Part shown: piece after piece, positions 24,515-35,606 of the stretch
Layout: every line of letters starts with the position of its first letter
Position numbering within the stretch: the stretch's first letter is position 1
Source: Paraphysomonas bandaiensis
Lineage: Eukaryota; Protista; Chrysophyceae
Reading direction: 5' to 3'
Length of the DNA: 64,000 nt
Assembly (NCBI GenBank): GCA_965644295.1
Contig: CBFFRP010000164.1
Span: 119,742-183,741, forward strand
The notes under the pieces: model-generated
What the model was told of the DNA's origin: nothing
The model's database searches: none
The model's input: only the letters and a program-made list of their open reading frames with translations
Made by a program: the position numbers and the translations under genes

Positions 24515-25810
24515 CTAGTAATTTTGCTTTCGCAGATGGTTCAGATAATGTGGTGATTCATATGAATATTCGTTGATAATATTCTGTATTTCAGCGGGTA
24601 ACTTTCTTGCAACAAATGATGAATGTGATGATCTTATAGTGCTCCTCTCATCGAAGTGCTTCAGTTCAAGACAAGCTCTTGTAACATTGACATCTACATG
24701 CAAAGGTGATCTAATTCGTTTGTAGAGTAGGTCATCCCAGTTGAAAACACTAAAAAATGGATGGCGTTGTAGCTCTTCGCGGTTCGATCTAGCACCTAAT
24801 CTCTGCGGTATTCGTACATCCATAAATCCTCGAATAATAGAGACAAAATTGTAAGATACTTTTTTCCCAGAGTATGTCATGAGTGGTATTCGCATCACCA
24901 AGTGCTTGGGAAGCGGTACATTCAATACATGCTTTCGACCCTCATCTACCATATCAGTGGATTGATTATCACTTGCACTACAAGAAAACTCATCTATACT
25001 CGTCTTTGTCGAGTAAGTTGAATAGGACAAATCTCTCACAGTAGGACTATCCACCGGAAAATGTTGGTATGTAGACTCGACAAATGCTGTGAATGATGCT
25101 GGGCAGTTTTTGTCAAATGGTCGCGCGCCGAAAAGTAGCTCAAACATTACAACACCTAAAGCCCAGAAATCCACTTCCATACTATGTGAGTGTGACTGAG
25201 TTAGTACTTCTGGAGCTAAATATCCAACTGTCCCACTGCACAAACTGCAGACAGATCCCGCAGATGTATTGTAAGATATTCCAAAGTCGGTAAGTCTGGG
25301 GTATCCTTGCTCATCAAGTACAATATTTTCGGGCTTCACATCTGAAACATGTGAGAAACAAGTGAGAACATGTCATGATAGGTCATTACAACTCATACCT
25401 CTATGAATTATCCCGTGATTATGAATATGAGATAGTGCAGACACCATACATGCACCTATGAAAGCAACATCGAACTCTGTGAATTCAATACAATCATTTA
25501 AGTGATATCGGAGATCACCCCCTTCCAAGAGATCTAATATCAATGCACAGTTTTTGTTATCATGATAAGAATAATACAAGTTACATATGAAACCATTAAA
25601 TGAGAGTTTTTTCAATGATAAAATCTCTTGTTTCAATACAACAGTCCCTCCTGTTCGTGATATACAATTATCAATACTGATGATCTTAATGGCAAATAGC
25701 TTTTTAGTTGATATATGTGTTGCACGCCGTATGATACCATATGATCCCTCACCAATTTTGGGGCCCAGTGCAAAAGATCCACAGGTTCTACTTGATGAAC
25801 CTGAACCCAT
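24515..25810 (-). CDS. AGC-family Ser/Thr protein kinase, 2 exons, possibly N-myristoylated
   Basis: MGSGSS start; GEGSYG, FAIK, GGDLRYHL, IIHR|DVKPEN across a short intron, DFG, GTVGYLAPE and DFWALG. Confidence 0.9.
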
Positions 25811-27206
25811 TGTATCAGGAAGAAACTTATATAATCAATGGTCTTGTGTAGAACTATTAATCACATTCTCAATAGCAAAACGTAATTGTTGGATGGGTTG
25901 ACCACTGACTGCATCCACATCAATATGGCATCTAACTGTAGGAACGAATATGAAGTCGTCACTTTGGGAACAGTGCATATCGTAGGTCTATTTCTTCATC
26001 ATATGGACCAATCATATGTCTTTTCACACTATTCAACGATGTTTATTCGTCAATATTTTTTTTATAATCTCATTTCCATGTGGGATGGATCATCACGACA
26101 GGATGACGATAGATAAAGTATGATGTTGCATGATAGAAGTGGTCCCATATATATATTATCTGTATATCCGTATCTAGATCTCCATATGAAGGGATGAAGG
26201 GGTGTAAAAGCACTTGCATTACAATCAGGTTTTGGATATAGTTGCTTACACACATCTGATACATATATACATGCTATACACCACTACACCCTCCTTATGA
26301 TTTATGGGGTGTTGTTTTCATCGGTTCAATTAGCAACGATAGTGAAGGGGTTGATAACTGGATGATACACCTCTGAGGTATGGGCTGAAGTAGTCGCCAT
26401 GGGCTCATATGATGGCAGGCCACTCAACGAGATGACAGGGGTTTATAGTCTTATGGTACCATGAATCCTATGACGCCAATCATATTGCGGGTATGACATG
26501 CTCAGTCGTGTTCTATTATTGAAAGTCTTATGAAATTCCAGTCCTAATAGTCTAAGATACTTGAGTTAGTTTGAGCTTGCGATTCGCAGGTCATTCAGGG
26601 CAGAGTATCAGACCTTAAGCCTCACAGTTCAATCTACAGTTACTGGTATTGTTCAATTTATTAGGTTTTTTGTAATAGTAAATTTCTTCTACTGATTAAC
26701 GTCAGACTGATTCTAATTTTTGTGCATTCTTCCCGCACTGGCGAATATAGATACATGAAGTCTATGAATTTAGAAACTAGAAGTGAGTGATTATATTAAA
26801 TACTCAATCACTAATCTAATTTGCTGGATTAGTCGACTGTGCGCTACACGTACTCCACATTTTTAAGCCACTGCTTAAGTAGTACTTTACTACTCAAGCT
26901 TATTTAATTCACAATGCGACCATATTGTAGGGTCCGTCACAGCTGTTTGTTACGCATATAGCACTAAAACTATTTCCTGGATCTTCAAAACCATGCACCC
27001 GAGTGTCAACACGATCAAATTGCTTAAGGCAATCTGCATCCAAAGCCCTTTGGAGTGTTTAGAAGGAATCCTATATACATAAAAAGTAATTAGAGTTTCT
27101 GACACACATCTAATTCATCAGTAAAGTAAAACGCTGTATTTTTTGTGGAAATATCATGTTGCACAACTTTAAGTATGTCCAACTCAAGCCATGCTCGTTC
27201 TACTCA

Positions 27207-27320
27207 TACTTCTATTCACACTTAGTACTTAGTAACACTTACTTCTATTCACACTTAGTAACACTATCACACTTATATTTTCATTTACTGTTTAGTAACA
27301 CTATCACACTTATAACTTAT
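27207..27320. repeat. Degenerate minisatellite
   Basis: Repeated TACTTCTATTCACACTTAGTA and TAGTAACACTATCACACTTATA units. Confidence 0.7.
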
Positions 27321-27791
27321 ATACATTTTCTGTTATATGTCATAGCGATATTTTCCTGTGCTGGTTGAGGAGATGGAACTGCTCAAGAAGCTGTGCTCAA
27401 TCCATTTGCTTTTGATCTAATAGAATCGACTAAGGAAAAAAGTCATATGTTCTCTCTCTGTCGAATATCTTTTAACTTTTCCTACCAACACTTGAGGCAA
27501 AATGAAAACAGACCTATGCTGATATATCACCAACTCAATGGCGTGACAACTTCGATATGGTAGGACTTACGTTCACTTCTGGGTTTCACAACCCAGCGCT
27601 AAGTGGAACCGAAATAACTATGACTAGCATAGTCGCATAGTCCTAAACCCTACATACCACGATAAAACTCAGTTATGGCTTGCAGGAGAAAGGAAAAACA
27701 TGTTGATCGAACAAATTAAATCCTTTTTACACTTGTACATTTACGAGACTGATATTGCTACAATTTTTTCACAAAACAAATATAACAAGAA

Positions 27792-30616
27792 CTACCCTGA
27801 ATTCGTCGAGTCGTCAAAACCAGAGCTATCTGTACCACTAGTTTGATACGCTTTAGACACAATAGGACTGATGACACCTTCAACTAACTTGCGCCTCTCA
27901 TCGAATTCCTCTTTGGTGGTCATTGCGTTGGCATCTAACCATTGCAAGCCCTCATCTACTGTACTAGAAATAGTATTACATTCTTCATCTGAAAGTTTAT
28001 CCTTCACCCCTTCCAGAGAGGAACGCGCACTGTATAAATATGCTTCTAACTGGTTCTTTGCCTCGACGCGTTCCCTACTCTTTCTGTCTTCCTCTGCATA
28101 TTCTTCAGCTTCCTTCACCATTCTTTCTATTTCGTCCTCTCCAAGGCGTCCCTTGTCAGACTTAATGGTTACCTTATCGCTCTTTCCTGATGCTTTGTCT
28201 TCAGCGGAAACCTGCATTAAAGTGTAAGATGTCTAAATCTTCTAATATATATGTGCACTCTATGGTTATCTCTTTACCAAGCAGTGCTCACGAGGAGCGC
28301 TTGCAAAAAGTGGGAATATAGAGTGAAGGGAGTGCGGAATCGCCCGAAAGCAACTCAACGCACCCCCACGACGGTCACACAAAGGACTCAGTCGGTTCAA
28401 TATAGGGTTGTCTGCTTGCACCTATACCTCAGGATCAGCGCCCGAAAGCGCCTCGGCGTGCAGTGCAGTGTGGGTCTGGCGTCGCACTGTGAAACAACGC
28501 CAAACCCACCAACCCAAAAACACATATACTTCAATATATATTCTAAGGTGTGTGTTACCTGCAGGATTCCATTGGCATCCACGTCGAAAGACACTTCTAT
28601 CTGTGGCACTCCCCGTGGTGCAGGTGGGAGACCATTAAGCTGAAATTGGCCCAGAACACGGTTATCCTTCGTCATAGCGCGTTCTCCCTCATAAACTTGA
28701 ATTAGAACCCCGGGCTGGTTGTCTGCGTATGTGGAGAATATTTGGGTTTTTTTGGTAGGAATAGTTGTACCCCTCTCGATAAGTTTCGTCATCACTCCAC
28801 CTGCCGTTTCTATTCCTAAAGAGAGCGGGGCTACATCCAATAAGAGGATATCCTTTGTCCTATCACTCGTATCACCAGCAAGAACTGCTCCCTGTACCGC
28901 GGCTCCGTATGCAACAGCTTCATCAGGGTTAATGGATTTGCTCAACTCTTTTCCACCAAAGAATTCCGATAGCATTTCCTGGACCTTTGGGATGCGAGTT
29001 GAGCCACCGACAAGGACTACTTGATGCACATCTTTCTTCTTCATCCCAGCATCGGACAAAACTCGTTGGACTGGGGATAAAGTTTTTTTAAATAAATCAG
29101 CATTTAGTTCTTCGAACTTAGCGCGCGAAATCGTTAGAGAGAAATCGATACCCTGGTGAAGAGACTCAACCTGAAGAATAGCATTAGAAGTGTAAGATGT
29201 CTAAATCTTCTAATATATATGTGCACTCTATGGTTATCTCTTTACCAAGCAGTGCTCACGAGGAGCGCTTGCAAAAAGTGGGAATATAGAGTGAAGGGAG
29301 TGCGGAATCGCCCGAAAGCAACTCAACGCACCCCCACGACGGTCACACAAAGGACTCAGTCGGTTCAATATAGGGTTGTCTGCTTGCACCTATACCTCAG
29401 GATCAGCGCCCGAAAGCGCCTCGGCGTGCAGTGCAGTGTGGGTCTGGCGTCGCACTGTGAAACAACGCCAAACCCACCAACCCAAAGACATATACGTACA
29501 AGAACAACATCCAACTAGACAAGAGAAAGTGTGCACTTACATCAATACGGGCAGCCGTTTGTGACGACAAAGTTCGTTTAGCAGTTTCACACTGCCTACG
29601 TAGACGTGCGATTGCCTTCTTGTCATTTGAGATATCGAACTTATGTTTTCGCTTAAACTGATCGAGACAGTGATCAAGTAGTCGCTGGTCAAAGTCTTCT
29701 CCACCTAAGTGGGTATCTCCTGCGGTAGCCTTGACTTCGAACACACCTCCATCAATTGTTAGAAGTGTCACGTCGAATGTTCCTCCCCCCAAATCAAACA
29801 CTAGAATATTTTCTTCTTTGCCCTCTTTTTGGTCCATCCCGTAAGCAAGAGCAGCGGCTGTCGGTTCATTGAGCACTCGCTCAACAGAGAGACCAGCAAT
29901 TGTACCAGCATCCTTAGTTGCCTGGCGTTGAGCATCATTGAAGTATGCCGGTACTGTAACAACAGCATGAGAAACTTCCTGTCCAAGGAACGCTTCAGCG
30001 GTCTCCTTCATCTTCCGTAACACAGAAGCACTAATCTCTTCTGGTGTGAAATGTTTGGTCTCAGAGCCGACACGAGCGTCGACCACTGGTTTATCGCCAG
30101 CAGCCTTAGTAACTGCAATTATAAAAACATCATAACAAAAATGCGCTAAAGTATCGACAAACCTTTGAAAGGGAAGAGCTTAATATCTTTTTGTACAGTG
30201 GGGTCGGAATACTTGCGACCAATAAGACGCTTTACATCGAATATAGTATTCGTTGGGTTGCTTGCGGCTTGGTTCTTTGCTGCATCACCAACGATTCGCT
30301 GACCATCACTATCCCAGGCGACGTACGATGGTGTAATTCTATTGCCCATATCGTTCGGGCATATCTCAACCCTTCCATTCTTCCACACAGCCACACAGCT
30401 ATAGGTGGTACCGAGATCAATTCCAATACATGGTCCTTTAATACCAGCACCATTGGAGGCACCGGTATCCCCTCCTCGACACCCCAGGACTCTGTCCACA
30501 GCAGAGGGCACGGGAGATGCCTTGCTCAGCCATCTGCTATATCCGGACAAACCCGATGACACGAGGATACAATTCGATACCAGAACAGCTAGAAATAGGT
30601 AAACATGTCTAACCAT
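27792..30616 (-). CDS. HSP70: Hsp70 chaperone with N-terminal signal plus transit-like leader (probably periplastid-compartment type), 4 exons
   Basis: [55 protein letters not shown] and [14 protein letters not shown]. Introns at 30113-30162 (50 nt), 29171-29540 (370 nt) and 28212-28558 (347 nt). The C-terminus [12 protein letters not shown] lacks EEVD and H/KDEL. Confidence 0.95.
28249..28515 (-). ncRNA. Intronic H/ACA snoRNA, U17/snR30 (SNORA73) type, copy in Hsp70 intron 3
   Basis: Read on the minus strand: 15-bp 5' hairpin, UUCG-capped hairpin, H box AGACAA (28408-28413), second UUCG hairpin, then a 3' hairpin CACUCU...AGAGUG. That hairpin carries m1 AUAUUCCCA (28311-28319) and m2 UAACCAU (28262-28268), 7 nt before ACA (28252-28254). 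The 5' end is approximate. Confidence 0.85.
29217..29483 (-). ncRNA. Intronic H/ACA snoRNA, U17/snR30 type, copy in Hsp70 intron 2
   Basis: Identical to the 28249-28515 copy at an offset of 968 nt, with the same H box, m1, m2 and ACA motifs. Confidence 0.85.
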
Positions 30617-32060
30617 TGTCGAGGTGTGCTCCCGATGCGCATGACGGAAATTATGATTCTATTTGTGGTTCATATCTACACATACCATACAATGAATGTT
30701 CTCGATGAAGCCACTTTGTTTGAGGAGAGTATCTTCAAACGACATCAGTACCAAAACCTGAAATTGGATTTTGTGGTGCAAATCCTTCTGCCATATGCTG
30801 GTATACGAATACTACAAGAACAGTGAACTACAACGTATGATGAAGGTATACGGTATACCAGCAGCCTGCTCTGTGGAGTACAGGAGTGCAGTGTGCTTTG
30901 GATTGTTGCAGAGAATAGACGCATATTCGCTTATTCGCTGCTTCATATAGGAATATATTCGTAAATCTCTCCAATATTCGTCATACCATCTGTGCAGCTA
31001 CAATGACCGACTCAATGTTGGATAATTCCTTTCTGCCGCGTTGGTTTCAGAAAATGCCACAGCATATTCAGTTTTGTATTATAGGCTTCGTTGTGCTTCA
31101 TGTTGTTGCCATTGCAGTCTCTTTAATCTATTACTCAATGAAGAAGTGGAAGCCCGAGTTCAACAAAAAGCTGAAGTGAAGCATATGAGCCTGTTTCATG
31201 ACCCATCAAAAATATCTAATAGATGTTGATATGACTATATTTAATCGCTTAAGAATAATTATATATATTGCATGCAGCTCTCACGCTGTTTTGGTTTAAT
31301 AGAAATACGAAATGCCATTGGATGACCACGTCGTAGCGACAGTGCTCACTAACTTAAAACTGTACACAGTGCCATTTTAAGACTAGTAGTTTGGTGAAAT
31401 TGTTTGTTATAATTTTACTAATTTTCTATTGTTTCAGTCGATATAACTTCACTTAAAATTTGGATAGGGGACGGTACTCCTTATCCCAAGGTTAAATTGT
31501 AGATTATCCCGTGGAAACCTAATAAATCTAGAATGTGTAGCTGTTTGTATCATGATTTTGAAAGTTGACTCGTCATTGAGTCTACCATAAATTGTTTACT
31601 ATAATGAAGTCACTTTCAAATGACTGTCAATATCATAATTATGAGAGAAGATAGTTTATATTGAACCAAATATAAAAGTAGAATATTTAGATTTTCCCTG
31701 TGCTAATATTCGATTAGGGTTATGAGCGTTCTGTTCGACCCAATTGAGGTCAAAAATACACATTTCTTGAGACGAAATGGTGATAATGGATTCATAAAAC
31801 TAAAATAAACATATATGGCTGTTTATTTTCATCCACAACATTGCTATTGTTACTACTAGCAATCTATAGTACTTCCATCTTAGATAGACACGATCTTATA
31901 CAGTCAATGTAATTCAGTATAGCTAAGCTACTTAATAGCACATAATAACTGCATTGAAAACTGACTTTATATACAGCATTCTTCAAGTAGCGGCTAAAAC
32001 TCAAAACCTTTGAAATAGAGCTTTTAATTGCTTGCCAACAAGCTAATTACAACAAAAATA

Positions 32061-33460
32061 CCCTCAATTAAGTCGGACTCACACCATTGGGTTCTGGGGG
32101 ATGAGTACCGGACATATTTCTCCGAGAAACTAACGTGAGCCGCAAACATCGTCAGCAGATAATATTCTGCCCACTCATTATTATATTAGCCGAATAATTG
32201 TGTAGACGTCTCTGAGCCCTGACGAATATAGAATATACATGCATCCGGGAATGGGCCCACCTCAAGGGCATCCAGGATCCAGGGTATCGGGCTGCCTGCT
32301 GAAGTAAAGCATCCGGGATGTTCATCTTAAGGACTCAAAAATCCTTAAGTCAGCAGATGACAGGTATATCGAGAGAAAAATGTCTGATTATTACATGAGA
32401 ACGGTTGTATCTATAATTTGCAATGTAGCTATGGACTTAATAATATCAGTCGCTATTTAGTCTCGGGACTGCTTGTGTATTGCTGCAAGCACACTTGGTG
32501 CAACCAACCCTTGTATTGGAGTTAGTCCGGGGGTCTACCTTTGGGAAGTGTTTCTGGTGTTTCAGTGCCGCACGTTACTTGAGGAGTGGAGTGAATGATA
32601 TGTATGTGGGAGTGAAGGTCGGTTACGGAATGTCTGCTAGCCCTTGTATTAGCAGTGCTGTCTATGGCAAGTAGCAGTTGTTTCCGGAGTGGATGTACAG
32701 ACCTGGGCTGGGGTCGGGTTCGGGTAGGGGGTATGATTCTGGGAGTGGATGTTGCTCGGAGTAGCCGGAGTAGTTTCGGAGTGGGTCGCTCCTCTGGGTG
32801 TGTGGTGTATTGCGTCGGGGAATGTGGGGAGCTGTATCGCATAAGCTCTTTGCGTCGAGCACCATGTGTAGACAGGGCTACATGGCTCATATGGCATGGA
32901 ACACAGCGGTTCCGAGGTTGGACAATGAGGATGTCGTGGATGGAATGTATTGGACGAGGGTAACAGTGGCGCGTAGGTTCTCTGCGTTGAACACCAACAA
33001 GTGTAGACAAGGTTGTATGGCTCAAGTAGCCACAGCGGCTTCGAAATGGGACGGTATGTGTGTGTGTGTTGAGTGGAATAGAGTGGACGGAGGTAACGGT
33101 GAAATGGAGGTTCTCTGCGGTCGGCACCATGTACAGACTAGACGACTAGACTGTATCGCGACGAAAATAAGGCATGGACAGGTCGATATGGCTTATGGGT
33201 AATAAAGAGTTGTGTGTGTGTATTGTTAATGTGTATGACAGGTATATCAAATATCAACATTCTGCTTGCTTACTGCGTTTGCTTTGAGTGATAGAGCGAA
33301 AGTAGTTGCACCTTCTTGGTTCTTGCGATGACGCACAAGCAGTTTTTCGTAGCGCTAAATAGTAGGAAATCAGAGTTAAGCACAAGTTAGTTAAATTGTT
33401 TTGCTAAATTATTTCTGACTTTTAAACACCTATTTCTATTAATAAGACATTCACTTCAAC
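32061..33460 (+). repeat. Dispersed repeat R1 copy B, split by an 864-bp insertion (32371-33234) with a 14-bp target duplication
   Basis: R1 left part 32061-32370 and right part 33235-33460. ATGACAGGTATATC occurs at both 32357-32370 and 33235-33248. Confidence 0.9.
32371..33234 (-). mobile_element. Inserted fragment related to the repetitive element at ~61300-64000
   Basis: The reverse complement of ~32830-33234 matches 61935-62200 (AGCCATATCGACCTGTCC, ATGGTGCCGACCGCAGAGAACCTCC, GTGCTCGACGCAAAGA). It is flanked by a 14-bp direct repeat. Confidence 0.75.
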
Positions 33461-33771
33461 AGAAATATACTATTCCCTTCGGTACGTAGTTTACGTGTAA
33501 TACATAGATATATAGTACTTCGATACGAATCTACAGTAGCGTAAAAAGCGGCTTTATCTGCTCAAGGAACTAGATACCCATTACAGCAATAGTTTTATGT
33601 CGCGAGAACTACCAGTGGTATCTACATTAATAAATCGACACGAACTTGTAGTCAATAGTATTTTAAAGTGACAGATATAACGCCGCCCACATACGGATAC
33701 CACAGTTAGAATGATAAAATTATATACACGATCCATCAAAAGCTATATATCGGAGTTTCAACCACAACACA

Positions 33772-35025
33772 CTACACTCCAACTATAAGATCTTCCTCAT
33801 CGTAGTTGCTCACTTCAACTGTCTCTTGCATGTATAGATCCAGTCGAGGGGCAGAAGGAGTAGGTAACAGTCGGGATGCAAGCCTACTTAAACACGTGGT
33901 TGATTCTCTGTTCAGATCTGTTTGAATAGTCGCTAGGGAGAGCATGACAGATAACAACTCACGGGACCGTTCTGCTTTATATCTATCAAAGTCGCAGAGA
34001 AGTCGCTCAGATGCCTCTCTATGCTGTTCTTCGTATATCTCCACATCATTTCTAAGAGACTCTGAATCCTTTCGCTCTCTAGCAGCAACGGATGCGAGAT
34101 AGTATCTTCGTCTCTCCTGTTGATGGGCGAGAGACACAGAAAGCGCCGTGACAGTATCCGCATGCCTGCGCATTGGTTCTTTGACTTGTATATCCATATC
34201 TCGGGCAGCTCCCCGCATCAATAATGACAGGTCCCCCATACCAGTGCTGAACTCTCTCTCAGATCGCCCTTCCTTCGTCGCTGAAGAGGTGTCATCCCCA
34301 ACTTCACTGAGACTCAGCAAAGATGCGCTTTGAGCATCCACCTCACGGGCACATCGATAAGTTGCAGCTGTTAGATCAGATGTGCGGTCCGCAGCCCGTT
34401 TCACACGGTCCAAATTCAAATCCAGATGAGTTTTAATTGGCTCAACGCGTGAGTCCATGTCCGCTGTCAAGGCGGAGTTAATACGCTACAACATATTTTA
34501 TTATGGCCAATATGGATAATATGGCTGACCTGGTCACTGTTAAGTGTGAGACTATTGACTCGTGACTTCAACCAGCGGACTGTATCACCTTTAGCAGACC
34601 GTCTCCTCCTGTATTCCTCAAAACAGCGGCGAGCTTGCTTTATATCGCCTGTTTGCAGAAAAGTAAGTAGATAGGGCTCGGATTGCAGCACAGGATGGTT
34701 AAGTGCTCGATTTAAAAAATCTTGCAGTCCTCTCATCCGCGCTTCTAAAAAATCTTCATGAAATCTACCCAGGTATTTCTTCTTTGGCAGTGGTGGAACA
34801 ACCACTCCAGTGCATAGTGTTACGAACGAACCATGCAGCCACAAAAAATCATTAAATCGACGGTGCACAGTGTATGTTGTAGAATCAGTAGAATCATATG
34901 TTGTTAGTGTATAGCTATAGACAAAAATTACATATGCAGATAATAGTGCTCGTCACTGCATTCTACCTAGTGTAATTTGCAAGCATATCCCTCTTCTTTA
35001 TCGGGTTCGTTACCGACGCTTCCAT
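33772..35025 (-). CDS. Sorting nexin (PX domain plus BAR/Vps5-like coiled coil), 3 exons
   Basis: ATG at 35025 (MEASVTNPIKK). PX motifs VHRRFNDFLWLH, VPPLPKK and FLEARMRGLQDFL, followed by a helical C-terminal exon 33772-34470. Confidence 0.88.
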
Positions 35026-35606
35026 TTCTCGTACAATCACAGTAATTTCAACTTAATCAATGTACTGAAACACTCTATATAACCTTATTAATGTTAAATA
35101 CGCCAGCAAGTTTTCGAAATGATATAAGTCAATGAGATATTGTTGCAAGGTGATACTCACTATCAGTATATCGTCCTGCTTAGCATATGCTATTTCTTAT
35201 TACTGAATAGGTTACGTAGATTGACAGCATCACAAGCAATCTATTGTGTTTAAAGTGATACTAAGCTGATTGTTTCTATTCTGATACATAACGTCTAATA
35301 TATCCTATAGATAATATACAACACCACGATCCAGATCTCACCTCTAGCACCAGCATGTACTGTACCATGGTGTACGTGGGAGTGCGTAGATAGGTTGTAG
35401 GTACATAGGTACGTGTATGTATACATACAGAGTACTGTGCTACGGTACATATGATCTGGATACAGCAATGTAGTGTGCCTGTGTATATGTTGTGTGGGTC
35501 AACAATTTTAGCTACTTTGTACGCATGTTTTATGGATGTGGAATTAAGCCAATTCTATTGATTGCGTTTGCGGTAAATACAATTCGATTTTAATACCCAG
35601 TCGAAA

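Noticed and set aside
27546-27730. Telomerase RNA (plus-strand CCTAAACCCTA template) or TPP riboswitch
   Set aside because: G-U pairs and the GNRA loop favour the opposite strand, the template would specify TTTAGGG whereas TTAGGG is seen at 48001, no clear pseudoknot is present, and the TPP core motifs are absent.
28221-29486. U14 C/D snoRNA, introner transposon or protein-coding ORFs in the intronic duplicates
   Set aside because: No C/D boxes, TIRs or TSDs are present. H/ACA plus m1/m2 motifs explain the sequence, and the duplicated ORFs at 28251, 28408, 29156 and 29376 are incidental.
27792-30616. Calling the Hsp70 BiP/GRP78
   Set aside because: It has no C-terminal HDEL/KDEL and carries an extra transit-like segment after the signal peptide.
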